Origin: Mycobacterium leprae TN
GTDB taxonomy: Bacteria > Actinomycetota > Actinomycetes > Mycobacteriales > Mycobacteriaceae
Reading direction: 5' to 3'
Assembly (NCBI RefSeq): GCF_000195855.1
Contig: NC_002677.1
Location: forward strand, 2,820,001 to 2,852,000
DNA length: 32,000 nt
Shown here in pieces: positions 12,130 to 23,687 of this stretch. The stretch's first letter is position 1, and each line of letters starts with the position of its first letter. Under the pieces are notes generated by a model. The model saw only the letters and a list, made by a program, of their open reading frames with translations, ran no database searches and had not been told where the DNA came from. The position numbers and the translations under genes are program-made.

Positions 12130-12760
12130 TAGCATGCCACGCATGTTCAGATAGACGCCATCGGCGCAGGGGTATTAGCCGTAATAACCCAGCAGATACC
12201 AGAAGAAATCTAACAGCAAGTCACCGATCTTCGTCATCTCCCAGTCCACAATCACTGCCAGTAAAGCCGGAATCCCGTACGCAAACATCACGTTGGCGAC
12301 TAGCGGTCAACTTAACGTTTCATGGAATCCATCGATATGGCGAAAGCCGTCGAGTCCTTAAGCGCGCCAATCCACTCTTCCTAGCTTAGCTGAGCCATAG
12401 ACAAGCTCGAACACCAGCCCGCGACGGGCCCTGCAGAGGTAGATATCAAACGGCGTTTGCTATCCGCAGTCCATCGGGCTCCACCCGTCTACTGCTTGCA
12501 TCACATAGAACGGCATACCGAGCACCGTGTCCGTCTCATCGGCGCGAAACGTCACTGCGCGCCAGAGAACGCCTGTATCAGCCTGATCTTTCGCAACAAG
12601 CCGTCGATACAGCTTGCAGCGGCGGTGTGTACCGGCCATCTAGAGCACCATGCGCGCCACTGCTGGTTTAGGACCTCACTCAATCAAACACAATGTGTTC
12701 TGCGAACAACCCTTTAGTTGTGCCAGCAATAGCTCTTAGCCGCCGCCCGGAGCGCCGTTT
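12130..12760 (-). pseudogene. Decayed aminoglycoside-phosphotransferase-like protein
   Basis: Minus strand fragments ADETDTVLGMPFYVMQAVDGWSP and MTKIGDLLLDFFWYLLGYYG, typical of APH-family (ACAD10/FadE36-type) kinases, separated by stops. Confidence 0.5.
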
Positions 12761-12849
12761 TCGTCCAACCACCGACCACACATCCAGCTAGGGCCCGGAT
12801 ACTTGTTGACCATTGTCTACACAACACTCTCCCGATACAGAGACAGAGC

Positions 12850-13550
12850 ATTCTTACTAACGAACTTAGCAGCGCCGACAACCACTATGGGAAGAAACAT
12901 GGAGGTACTCCCGACCCGGCATACGTTACCACTGCGCAACAATACGGTGAGAGCTCCGACCCCGACCTGTCGAATAAAGGCTGGCGTAGGTCGCGGTCTG
13001 CCCGCTGTGGTTGCTTAGTTTACCATAACCCGGGTAGTGATCAGCCCGCAGCGCCGTGCCGACCAAACCGACACACTAGTCGCGGCGGCGTGTAACCCAC
13101 CTGTCGACATAGACGACCGATTCGCGGAATACGACCGTAGCGGACCACTGTATATCCCCATCAAGCAGGTCTGTGCGGAAAATCCCGCGGAATGGGTGCG
13201 GATGACTCAAGGCCATCTGCCCGGTGTGGTCGCGAGGATGTTTTTCTTGCATGCGGCCGCACAGCGGTCAATAACCTGGTTGTCGCCGCCGATCCCGAAG
13301 ACACTGTTGCGATGTTCAGCCATGACGAGGTAATCAACGTGCTTCTGCACGATAGTCTGAGGACGGCCCCACTTTTATCACTTCCCCCCTCAACTAACAC
13401 GTCGCTGACACGGCGGTTGTACTAACGGTCTGATCAGGCAACGGTAGCGACGGTGAATGCAGCCGAACATGTGTGGATCTGTTACCCCGAAATCAGCGGT
13501 GGTGAATCCGGCCGCGACACCAGCGGTGGTAGACAAGTTCGAGTCGACAA
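12850..13550 (+). pseudogene. Decayed histidine phosphatase (phosphoglycerate mutase-like)
   Basis: Plus strand: VDIDDRFAEYDRSGPLYIPIKQVCAENPAEWVRMTQGHLPGVV and, in another frame, AADPEDTVAMFSHDEVINVLLHDSLRT (HGGVIN motif degraded to HDEVIN). Confidence 0.5.
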
Positions 13551-13554
13551 CAGC

Positions 13555-14565
13555 TGACCAACTCAAGGGGCTCGACCTGTCTGCATTGGACGGGTATCTG
13601 CGTTCATTCGGCATCGAGCGCTAAAGCAAATTGCGGGCAGACTTTATTTTCGGTGGCCACTCCAATCCGACTGTCCGAATTTACGACGACAAAACGAACT
13701 GGCTGGTTCGGCATCCACCGCTGCATCGGCTAACGCTGTCCACGCACGATATGGCACGAGAGTCGTCGCGCTGCAGGACATGGCCAGTTCCGGTGGCGCG
13801 CACCACCGCCCTGTGTCAGGACAACGCGGTGCTGGGTGCACCGTTTCAGGTCTCAAATTCGTTGCCGGGCAAGTAGTGCAGCGGTGTGTCCAGCTCGAAG
13901 CGTTAGACGGCCGTTACGTAATCGACAGCTGCGTCAACGGATTGATCCGAGTACTCGTCAACTTGCACAGAATTAACTCAAACGCGGTAGGACTGAGTAA
14001 TTTCGGCAAATTCAGCGAATATCTGGAACACCAGGGGCGCCGATGAGGTTCGCAATGGGACCTGGTACGACTACCCGGCAACCACCCCTACGCCGACGTC
14101 GATCGACTACATTCCATTCTGCGCCAAACTATTCCACAACGGGGCCGCACCTCGATCGTGCACAGTTACTACTGGATCGACCACACCATTCTGGACGACG
14201 ACAACCCAACACAAGTTCGAGTTGTTGTGGACTGGGAGCTCTCGACTCTAGGAGGACCCGCTCAAACTATACGGCGTCGATGTGCGTGTACCACTACCCC
14301 GAGCTTGACTTGATCGTCAACGCGCCAACCGTCTGGACATCGCCGCTGCTACCAACATCCGACAAACTTGCAGATCGGTACTTGCTGGTTACCGGCTTGC
14401 CTCTAGCGCATTGGAAATGCTACATGGCGCTGGGCTATTTCAAGCTAGCCATCATGGCCGCGGGCATCGATTTGCAAACGTATGTCAGAACAGGAACAGG
14501 GAAAGACGAAACGTTTAACGACAGGAAGCTTGAAGTCGTAGCAACGTTGATTTCCCTAGAACTGG
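13555..14565 (+). pseudogene. fadE36: Decayed FadE36-like protein (APH fold, Rv3761c-like)
   Basis: FIFGGHSNPTVRIYDDKTNWLVRHPPLHRLTLSTHDMARE; PVPVARTTALCQDNAVLGAPFQV; PTQVRVVVDWELSTLG; LDLIVNAPTVWTSPLLPTSDKLADRYLLVTGLPLAHWKCYMALGYFKLAIMAAGID. Several frameshifts and stops. Confidence 0.75.
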
Positions 14566-14616
14566 CGACGCTTCATCACGCTGAGCATGTAGTCAACGGT
14601 TTTAGCACTCATCTCA

Positions 14617-14949
14617 TCACCGATGAGCCGCCACGTAGCGCTTTTTGACCGTGCGGCGCAGCTGAAGGATCCGCGCGGTGCCGACTGCCACTGCTAGCAG
14701 TCCACCACCCACGGCCGACAACATTATGGCTACCCCCAGAGGCAAGCTCCAATGCCAGCCGAAGAAGGTGAAAGGTGTAGACGTAGTGTTTTGTGCGATG
14801 AAAATCAGCAACAGGATCAAGATCAAGAAGCCGGCAAACAATGCCGACCACAAAGCGCCCGCGCGGGTAACCGGGACAGCCCGTTCCCCAGGTGTCAGTC
14901 CGACGGCGGGCGCTGGCTGACTAGGCGGGCCAGAAGGATTGCTGGTCAT
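14617..14949 (-). CDS. Small LapA-like conserved membrane protein (Rv3760-like)
   Basis: Track ORF 14617..14958, probable start at 14949 (MTSNPSGPP...). Two clear transmembrane stretches (LWSALFAGFLILILLLIFIAQNT; LPLGVAIMLSAVGGGLLAVAVGTA) and a basic C-terminus RRTVKKRYVAAHR. Opposite strand to the fadE36 remnant, as for Rv3760/Rv3761c. Intact, unlike its neighbours. Confidence 0.82.
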   Translation of the reverse strand: MTSNPSGPPSQPAPAVGLTPGERAVPVTRAGALWSALFAGFLILILLLIFIAQNTTSTPFTFFGWHWSLPLGVAIMLSAVGGGLLAVAVGTARILQLRRTVKKRYVAAHR

Positions 14950-15899
14950 AAATGCCATCTTGGTCCTATCTCAGGCAAAATGGAACCAAAACGCACGAAA
15001 AATCTGCCAGTCCGCACGCAGATGCAGCAACGCCTCATCGTTTCTGACGTTAGAGTCGGCGGTATAGAGATTCCGCAACGCGTGCGTTTGCAATACTGCC
15101 CGTAGAAGCATAGCGCGTCACCAGGTTCCTGGTTGCCTCCTGCAGCAATTCCGATCCGTTCGGGGCACAGACTCGCAGCGTGAAATTCACCGTGATCAAT
15201 TCCGGTGCTTTTCGGAATCTGCGATCACCGCCGAAATCTATGCGCACAAGCGTCGCAGGTCATGGTTTCGACATCGGGTGGCGGATGGGAATGAGCAACT
15301 ACGAAACGTATACCCCGATACTCACTCAAAGACCATTCCATTGACCTAGTACAGAGTACATCAGCAACCTGTTGTTGGTATTTTCAACTTGACTCCACAA
15401 CAACCGTGTTCGACGCAGTCGACTTGGAGCTCTATAAGCTCCGGCCCGGAGACCCATCGATTCTAACGCCATCACCGGCTTCTGACACCGACACGGTAAC
15501 TGTCACCAATCAGACCTCCACCGCGTGGCCACTCGAAAACAATCACTAACTTGGCGAACACATTCGCTGGATGTGAAGTTTGCCGCTCCGCCAGCCGTAC
15601 AAAGGATTGCGACAGAAGTTACTCACTCGATATCAGCCCGAGCAACCTAGTGGTGCCCAACGACTACGGCGGTGCGGTAACCGTGCACACCCCCGGGGAA
15701 GGGAGGGTGACCGCCGCCAACATCCTTCGGTACATCGCAGGCCATCCCACAAAATCACCTGGTGGCACTCGAGGATCCAAAGCACCACTTCCTAGCCAGC
15801 AACATGTTCCGCTGGTCAATTCGCAGCAGAAATCGGACCGTCTCAAAGATGTGCTGGACACGGTTTCAGCTGGTTTGGCCACCGCTGCTTCCCTTGAAC

Positions 15900-16740
15900 T
15901 GCAGGTTGCTGTCGTGTTTGTGTCTGTGGCGGTGAGTTGTTCGGTTGGTTTCATAGGTGGTGGGTGAAATGGCTGTTTTTGCGTTTTATGACTGGCCGAT
16001 ATGTTCGGTAGTCGTGGGGGGCAGCCCGGAATCCTGTTGACGTGTTTTGCTGTGTTGCGGGGTTTTTGTTGGTGGGTGGCTGACTGCCTGCTTTCGATGA
16101 GGCTTCGTGTGCTTTGCCGCAGTGGACACGATTAGCGCGGCGCACGTAAGCATGTCGGTGGTGGGTGCTGCTTGGTCTACATGTTGATGATGCCAGGGGC
16201 TGGGCACCTGGGCTGTGCTGAAGGCGATATCGATGCAGGCGTGAGTGTGAGGATAGTTGTTAGCGCCGCGGGGTAGGGGCGTTTTAGTGTGCATGTCATG
16301 GCCTTGAGGTGTCGGCGTGGTCAATGTGGCCGCACCTGAACAGGCACGTCCCCGTGCACGGTATAACTATTCGCACCTGATGTTATCCCTTGCACCATTT
16401 CTGCCGCTGGTATCGGTGTCGGCGGCTTGTTGACCGGCCCTCAGCCAGCAAGCAGGCATGCCGCCGGGTGCAGCAGTATCGTGTTAGTGAACAGTGCATC
16501 GATGATCCGGCCGTCGGCGGCACATACGGCAACCTTCTAGCGCAGATCAACCACCCACACCCCACCAGCCCACCACAACACCACCCTTAGGCCTCAATCA
16601 CCCCAACAATGCCCCGTCCGATGCTGACTCGCACAAAGACCGACAGCGACGATGATCAGATTAGGTGAACAGGTAGTCGGTGAGAGCTGCTGGCTAGCCG
16701 CTTGAGGTCCACCTTCCTCGCGCCCACGGCTTCGAGGACA
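15900..16740. repeat. RLEP repetitive element of M. leprae (outer boundaries approximate)
   Basis: Contains TGCATGTCATGGCCTTGAGG at 16290 and TTCTGCCGCTGGTATCGGTG ending at 16418. As I recall these are the RLEP LP1 and reverse-complement LP2 primer sequences, with the expected 129 bp spacing. The nested pair (TGAGGTGTCGGCGTGGTC at 16305, TCCCTTGCACCATTTCTG ending at 16403) gives 99 bp. The core 16290..16418 is well supported; element ends were not determined. Confidence 0.85.
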
Positions 16741-16759
16741 GGCGCCAAAGGATGCGATG

Positions 16760-17850
16760 CAGTGAGCTTACTCCGGATGGAACCGGCGCCTGGTGTCTGA
16801 GCTCATGATGCCGGTGGCGCTGGTTGCCTTGTTGAAAAAGCCTGAGACCAGGATATCCGCTGTTAAAGGCATTCGTACGGAGTTTCTGAGGGCCGAGCTA
16901 GGACCAGTTGCGCTTCCGACGCCGGCCGAGGTTCGGGTTACCCGACTCGAATCCGATGATAAGATGATAACGGCTATAGCCTGGTTTGGCGCGGCTGCGT
17001 TGAGCAAGATCGAGTTTAGATTTGCCCCGTTGAGACCACCCGTTACGTAGCAGCGGCCGGAGTGGAAGAAGCTGACGTTGCCCGGGCCGCCCAGTCCGGG
17101 CGTCTACCAGCCGAGGGTTTCCTAGTACCGGGGTCACGCCGGTGACTTGGGTGATGCCCGCGGTTCCGCTGCGGACGTTACCACTCGCGAAGCTTGCGCT
17201 ATTCGTGCCGATGCTGATACCAAGGTAGCGCAACGTTCGCTGCCCCGAAGCCAATTGCTCAGCCGCTGTAGACACGCAGGCGTGGTACCCCGAACATCGC
17301 ATCTACTTCCCACGCCCACATTATTCTTGTACGCGGCTTAGATGTCGACGATCACGGGAGCCTGTTTTGCACCAACCAGCTTGTGGCCGCTAACACTTGC
17401 ACTAGGACCCGATTGACCGCCACCACCGCAAGCTAGACTGTGGTCGCTACTGTCGCCTCGAACACGGCTGTAGTGGCCTGAGTGCTGCACTAAATCATCC
17501 ACGTTGGCGTCGCCGCAGCCAGCATCGCTGCCGACGACAGAAGGTCCTCGGACAACTGGTTTTTGCTGCAGCAAGCAGTGGCCCCGATCCGGGACCAACG
17601 AACATGAGTACCGAATTGATTTCAGTCGGCAACCAAACGTGATGCCGATGTGTCACAACTCAAACTTAATGGTAAAGACCACTACCGTAACCGTATCATC
17701 CGCACTGGGGCGTGGATTGCAGGACATGTACCAGATTGCCGGGACGGGCATCGGTCGGCAACCTGTTGTCGACTACATACTTGGCCGACAACCACGGTCG
17801 CGACGTAGCTCTCGGCGATCTGGTCGTAGTTGATCACCGGCTTATACACC
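16760..17850 (-). pseudogene. Decayed PPE-family protein (position suggests Rv0442c/PPE10)
   Basis: Minus-strand fragments QATTAVFEATVATTV*LAVVAVNRVLVQVLAATSWLVQNRLP resemble the PPE-domain segment ...AAVAANRALLATLVATNFLGQNTP. Downstream are glycine/asparagine-rich pieces (SIGTNSASFASGNVRSGTAGI). Adjacent to rskA/sigK remnants as expected for Rv0442c. Confidence 0.5.
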
Positions 17851-19049
17851 CGAAGGGTGATGTGGTCGATGACGTTCAGGTCGGGGCCTTGTAGCCGACT
17901 GCGATCCGGCCGCGGTCGGCCGTGCCGGCGACGCAGGCCGGCAAGGAGGTGATTTCACAGGCAACGAGAACCGTCCACGCGCCCAGTCACATGCCCAATC
18001 ACGCCAGGAAGAGCAGTCGGGTAGCTAGTGTCGCAGATCATGCCGTAGCATGTGCCGCCGTCGCGGTGCAGTAGCTTTCCGACGATGTCTCGTGAGTTGT
18101 CTTCTAGGTTGCTGGTCGCGGCAAGCAGCATGACATTACCGTCGTCGAGAACCCGATGTAGGAGACTTACATCGGGTTTTCGACGACAGCCGCGGGTACG
18201 AGTGGCTATGTAGTAATCGCCGGTCGAGTTCGTTATTGGGGTTGGTCCCCTAGTGGGAAATCCAGTACTGTGCCTGCGCCACGTACAGGATCGGATGATC
18301 ATGCCCAGGCTTGTCGGCCAGGATGCGGGCGCTAACCTCGGGCCAGCGTATCTGCACGACGTGCTCGGCCAACGCTAGCTGGGCGATTCCGCGGTAGCTG
18401 GGGTATAACACGAACGGGTTGACGAAGAGCTGCAATCCGATCGTACGCGGCAATAACTGCGCGGGTGAATTGCAAAACCGCCAGCTCCAACCCTAATTTA
18501 CTGGCCTTCTTTATCCGGTCGCGTTGGGTCACCCGCGTAGGCGAAAACCATCGTGAAAGTGACCGACAAGCCGGATCTCCTCGACGACATCGAAAACCTC
18601 CTGCAGCACCGGCTGATAGCCGGTGCTGCAGGAATGTCAGTCACGCATTGGAGCCGGCCACCGCCGCCATCGACCACCCCCTTGGTGATCCCTTTAAATC
18701 TCCTCGCGGGTGGTGTCGTAGCTCGGGATCGGTTGATCCGCTCTCGGTCTGGTGTATGGTCAGCAGCTGCTACGCGAAGCCCAACGCTCCAATCTCCATA
18801 GCTTGCTTCGGCCAACGTGCGCATTTACGCGAAATTTCCAGTAGTGGCTGGTTCGCAGTCGGCTCCGCGCTAACTCATAACGTAGACCCGCAGCGGAGAA
18901 GGCGGCAAAGTAAGTAGCGACATCAATATCACGTTTGTCGGCTTCCAGGGCATAACAAATACTCAAAGAAAAGTTTACCGGTCCACGGCAGGCCGTCAGT
19001 CACCACAACACTCTAGAGAATGTCCACGACACCCCAGCCATCACGTCGA

Positions 19050-19645
19050 CGAGTACGTCGTGGTCTTCTTGGCTGCACAGCGCGAAGTCAACTCCGCAGT
19101 TTCCCATCCGTTACCCCGTGCGCGGACGACGGGGGTCAGGGCGCTGCCTACCTAGATGGTCTAACCGCTGACGAGGGCGCCACGGCTCGGTGCCCATTGT
19201 TCCTGCGGATGTTCGACCTTGAGGCCGATCGCCACAAATAGTAAACGGTAGTCCGGCAACGGCGACGGCATGTTGTTAATCACCAGCGCGCCCGTGTTTC
19301 GATCGCAACGAGCACATCATCGTGGCCGTCCCGGTAGCCTACGAAACAAAGACGGTCCGCACATCCGGGGCCGCCAAGGTCATTCTCGAGGTCGAGATCG
19401 GTGCGGCCAGCAGCGAGGAAGGACGCGGGGCGACATCAACACCCCGGCGGCAAACGTGTCCGGGGTCACTACGATCGTTGCCGCGGCCGCCAATACTGTT
19501 GGACGCCTACGTAACCGGCCCGACCCCGTATCGGGTTTCACCGCGGCGAGTTTGGCCGCACGAAGCTGTTCCTGCGGTACAGCCGGTGATCGCCGCCCAA
19601 CATTACCGCCATGGTCTCGCGGACGGCTAGAACTTAGTTGGTAAA
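19050..19645 (-). pseudogene. rskA: Decayed anti-sigma-K factor
   Basis: Minus-strand fragments LAAVKPDTGSGRLRRRPTVLAAAATIVV, RNTGALVINNMPSP and RTSAGTMGTEPW match in order RskA segments (transmembrane region, RNTGLLVMNNVAPP, RSAGTMGT). Lies directly downstream of a sigK remnant. Confidence 0.7.
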
Positions 19646-19649
19646 AGCG

Positions 19650-20060
19650 GCTGCGTCCCACCGACAACGCCTCCAGGTAGACGAGTTACCCGACAACGCT
19701 CGTCATTGGTCATCGCCGACTAAGGGACCAGGTCGTGCTCCGCGGCGCTGGCCGGGTCTACACTGGCCACAGCGTAATACGATTCCGGCGGCTGCCGGCT
19801 TCTTCGCTGCGCACCCTGTCCGGGAAACACGACCACCGTCTTACCCACCGACACTGCTTGACCCATCACCACGCCAGCGCCCCACTGCCCGCTCTTGTCA
19901 GAGTACTATTCTCACGCCACTCACGACACCTTGTAAGTAGACATCCTGAGTGGTTTCTTCGCTGTAGCCCGAACCACGCAGCGACCGTATCACGGGTCTG
20001 TAGACCCGCGTCTTAATGACAAGATAGCGCGCGACGAGCACGCGCGGTTGTCGGTGCATG
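19650..20060 (-). pseudogene. sigK: Decayed ECF sigma factor SigK
   Basis: Minus strand just below 20040: TRVYRPVIRSLRGSGYSEETTQDVYLQ, matching the SigK region ...SRVYGLVMRVLRDTGYSEETTQEIYLEVW, then loss of frame. Between the Rv0446c-like and rskA remnants. Confidence 0.75.
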
Positions 20061-20084
20061 AAATATGCCGTTAGCTTTTGATAT

Positions 20085-20635
20085 TTAGGCGCAACCGAGA
20101 CGGTCTTTCATGTACTTATCGGTGAGTTGGTCCCCGCTCAAGTACATCAGGAAATGGGCTATCACCAACGATGAAACCATCCTGGCCAACGATACCCAGC
20201 CGTTGATCGTGCTCGAGTCACAAAACCCACCACACGCAGACGTCACCAAAGTAGTTGGGGTGGAGCGTCCAGGCTCACAGGTCGCGGTCCATAATGAACC
20301 CGGCAATTGGCCGAGTCGGATTAAATATCCGCAGCTGAGAATTCCCGATAACTGTAGCAGTAATGAAACAAATAGCATCAAGAAGCCATGTAAGAGAAAG
20401 ATTCTTTATACCACGTGACCCGCCGCGGCGTCGTGCAACAGGTTGGCGTAGCGTGTCCCCGCGCTCTTGCCAGCCTTCTTGCGGTAAATGAACTAGCTCA
20501 GCCGCAGAGCCCAGGTCGGCGACAGCACTAGCAGCAGCCACGGCGACAAAGCCCAGGTTCCATGCCACATCAATGATGTTGTAGTGCCCCGACCTCCTAC
20601 CGATGGCAAACGTGATCGAATGCACCACCGCCAGC
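20085..20635 (-). pseudogene. Decayed DUF1295 / steroid 5-alpha-reductase-like membrane protein (Rv0446c-like)
   Basis: Minus strand: MVHSITFAIGRRSGHYNIIDVAWNLGFVAVAAASA; ITATVIGNSQLRIFNPTRPIAGFIMDRDL; then YFGDACVW(WG)-like region and LTDKYMKDRLG. Three frames used. Confidence 0.75.
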
Positions 20636-20639
20636 CGCT

Positions 20640-21650
20640 AACACCGAAACGTTTGCAATCACCCGAATGCCGTCATCGTTCACAACTCCCGCCGCGCGCG
20701 AACGTTCACTGGTAGACACCTAGATAACCGACCCAGAAGCCCAACTTCGCATATACCGCGGTACAGATCGTACATCTGCATCTTCTCGACAACCTCGTCG
20801 AAAAACCAAGTGCTCCAATGTATATAGCGGCTACATGAACCTACCCTGCCAGAGTCGCAGAATTTCGGCATGATGCGTACGCAATAGGGTCATATCGACA
20901 GCACGTACCCAGTTGTGTCGCTCGGTGATACCGACGATGGCCTCCGTGAAGGGTGGAAGGACGTCAGAGAAGAAGATGTACTTCGTGAATCCAAAGTGTG
21001 TTGCAAACGGCCAACATCAGTGCGTTCGGCATGGTTATCGCCTTGATCACGAGGTGCGCCTACCAGCCTTTCCAAGGCGTAACAAAATACCGAGCCCATA
21101 CAATGGTATCCACACCGGCGAAACCATCTACTCTTACCGAACGCAGTCTAACACCCCCAACACAATTCTCAACGTTCTAACAACCAAGGACCACTAGAAA
21201 GTCATAGCTTCTATCGACGTCGCGGTACATAGCGTAGGTCAATCTCGACTTGATACGACAACCCGACTATGACGGCACGTTGTCACGTCAGGACACTGCT
21301 GCTTGATGAGTAAGATAACTGAGCGGGCGTAGGCTCCACAAGTGGCCGCGTGTATGCCCAGCCGACCCACCCAATTCCTATTTCGAGCACCTGTCTGGTC
21401 GCTTTTAGACTCCGGCCATATTGAGCAGACGGTTGATCTTGCGTCGTTGAGTCGCAGCCAAATCGCGCCACCGGGATGTTCGAGTTGGCAGTTGGGTTAA
21501 TAACGCGCATGAGTACGTCATGGCCTGGTAGAGAAACTCCACGAACAGATGGTGACAGGCCACCACCAGAAATCGGCTTAACCACAATGTGATTCCCTGT
21601 ATTCGGCTATGCGTCGCCACCGACAACGGTGCCAGCGGTGAAATTATTTG
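20640..21650 (-). pseudogene. ufaA1: Decayed cyclopropane/fatty-acid methyltransferase UfaA1-like
   Basis: Minus-strand pieces SLKATRQVLEIGIGWVGWA (SAM-binding motif), PPSDTTGYVLSI, and FCDSGRVG...GFDEVV-like C-terminal region, in order directly upstream of the Rv0446c-like remnant. Confidence 0.65.
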
Positions 21651-21654
21651 CATG

Positions 21655-22490
21655 ATAGCTACTTGCCGGGTTGTTGTCGGTCGACGCGCAGGCTGGCTAT
21701 AGCTATAGGAGTCGACCGGTGATTATGGTGCAAGGTAACGGTGATGTGGACCTTGCTGTCGGGTTGTGGTGCGTGCACCGAATAAGACCATCCACCTGAT
21801 TGAACGGGGAAACGTAGCAGGCTTTTGCCGTCGCCACAGGCTGGTCGGCTGATGGTAATCAAGTAGTAATAAATTTTAAAATATAGCGTTCACCGTAGGT
21901 ATCGTGCACTTCGCCGACCGAATGGCACATAAGCCCGTCGCGGGCGCGGTATCAAAAGATACGCTCAACGGGGTAAAGACATGCCCGAGTACACGCGCTT
22001 GTCGCAGTGCGGTGATGCGGCCCTCAGGGAACAGCAACCCAGCGGTCGGTGAAGACGACTTTAAGCAATATAGTTCAGCCGAATGGCGTCATCGTCGTTG
22101 TCGGCGATGGCGTCCTGGTCCTCTAAATTCCAGGTGCTGCGCAGAGCGAATGCATAGTAGGTCAACTCGTCCAAGTATCCGAACGTTGCGCTGCCCACCT
22201 GATATTTGCCGTAGCCGGGGTAGTCTCCGCTTTTACCCAACACCCAGGTAGGTTTAGGGCGTGAGCCTGGTGTGCGGGGTGGTGTTGACCGACTGTGTTG
22301 GGTCTGGCAATGAAATATCCGGATTAGCAGCAACAAGCAGTTAGTAGATCAGTTCTTCGGTGGCGTTTAAGCTGAACAAGAACATCACCGAAAGCACCGG
22401 CAAGATGCACGGCGACATTCCGGTAATCAGGCCACTCAAAATCCGATCTAGCGCGATCGTGTGTATAGCTTGCTATGCGGATAGGGTGAG
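21655..22490 (-). pseudogene. Remnants of Rv0448c-like (DUF1365) and possibly Rv0449c-like (flavin amine oxidase) genes
   Basis: RFPVQSGGWSYSVHAPQPDSKVHITVTLHH (minus, ~21700..21850) resembles DUF1365 proteins. The rest is assigned mainly by position between the ufaA1 and mmpL remnants. Confidence 0.4.
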
Positions 22491-22494
22491 ATTA

Positions 22495-23687
22495 CGGGTG
22501 GGCCGCAGCAACCGCGATGGACACCGAGCCCGCGTGGTCACACCAGCTAACAGTTAGTCGCTGTACACCAGGGACCGGTCTGGAGGTAATCCAACCGGAG
22601 CAGCCACGGTCAACAACGGTCGAGTGCGGCCCTGTTGCGGCCACCAGAACCAGCGTCCCAGCAGGGCAGCGATCGAGGGCATCATGAACGAGCGCACGAT
22701 CAACGTGTCGAACAATAGACCCAGACCGATGGTGGTACCCACCTGCCCGATCACCCGCAGGTCGCTGACGACCATGGATGCCATCGTGAACGCGAACACC
22801 AGCCCAGCGTTCGTCACGACTTTGCCGGTGCCGCCCATCGAACGGATGATGCCGGTCTTCAATCCGGCCTGGATTTCCTGTTTGAACCGCGACACCAGCA
22901 GCAGGTTGTAGTCAGATCCTACCGCCAACAGCACGATAACCGACATCGCAAGCACCAGATAGTGCAATTCGATACCGAGAATATGCTGCCAGAGCAATAC
23001 GGACAGTCCAAAGGAGGCGCCTAGTGAAAGCGCGACCGTACCCACGATAACAGCGGCGGCTACAAAGGCTCGAGTAATGATCAGCATGATGATGAAAATC
23101 AGGCAAAGCGATGAAATCCCCGCGATCACGAGATCCCAGTTAGCGCCCTCGTCGATGTCCTTGAAGACGGCCGCCGTACCGGCCAGGTAGATCTTGGTGT
23201 CCTCCAATGGGGTGCCCTTGAGAGCCTCCTCGGCTGCCGTGCGTATCGCGTTGATACTCGCGATACCCGCGACGCTGGCGGGATCCCCCCGATGTAAAAT
23301 AATGAAGCGAGCCGCGTGTCCATCCGATGACAGGAATGATTTCATCGCGCGCTTGAAATCGGTGTTCTTGAAGACCTCGGGTGGAAGGTAAAATGAGTCG
23401 TCATTTTTGGCAGTGTCGAATGCCTTCCCCATCGTATTGGCGTTGTCGCTCAGCTCGTTCATCTGATCAAAGATCCCAGACATTGTGCTGTGCATGGTCA
23501 GCATGATGGTGCGCATGCTCTCCATGCTTTCGATCATCGGCGGGAATTGCTCCAACATCTGCGGCATCAGCAGATCCATGTTTTTGATGTCACCAACGAT
23601 CGAGTTCAGTCTCTCGTCGATCTGGTCCACGCCGTCCAGCGCATCGAATATTGATCGAAATGACCAGCATATCGGAATGTTAAAACA
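22495..23687 (-). repeat. Arm A of a 1,193 bp inverted repeat containing the mmpL 3' end
   Basis: Reverse complement of 28573..29765. Boundaries set by base comparison: outer edge diverges after CACCCG (22495 vs 29765), inner edge before TGTTTTAACATTCC (23687 vs 28573). Spot-checked stretches of 60 bases in three places match exactly, and all ORFs in both arms mirror around coordinate sum 52260. Confidence 0.97.

Noticed and set aside
16793-17050. Plus-strand 85 aa ORF MSELMMPVALVALLKKPETRISAVKG... as a small protein
   Set aside because: Overlaps the minus-strand PPE-like remnant and has no recognisable domain; most likely a shadow ORF, though not excluded.
17955-18966. Minus-strand fragments (FVNPFVLYPSYRGIAQLALAEHVVQIRW..., MSICYALEADKRDIDVATYFAAFSAAGL...) considered for a named gene assignment
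   Set aside because: They look like relics of real proteins, possibly Rv0443-region genes, but I cannot identify a family with confidence.
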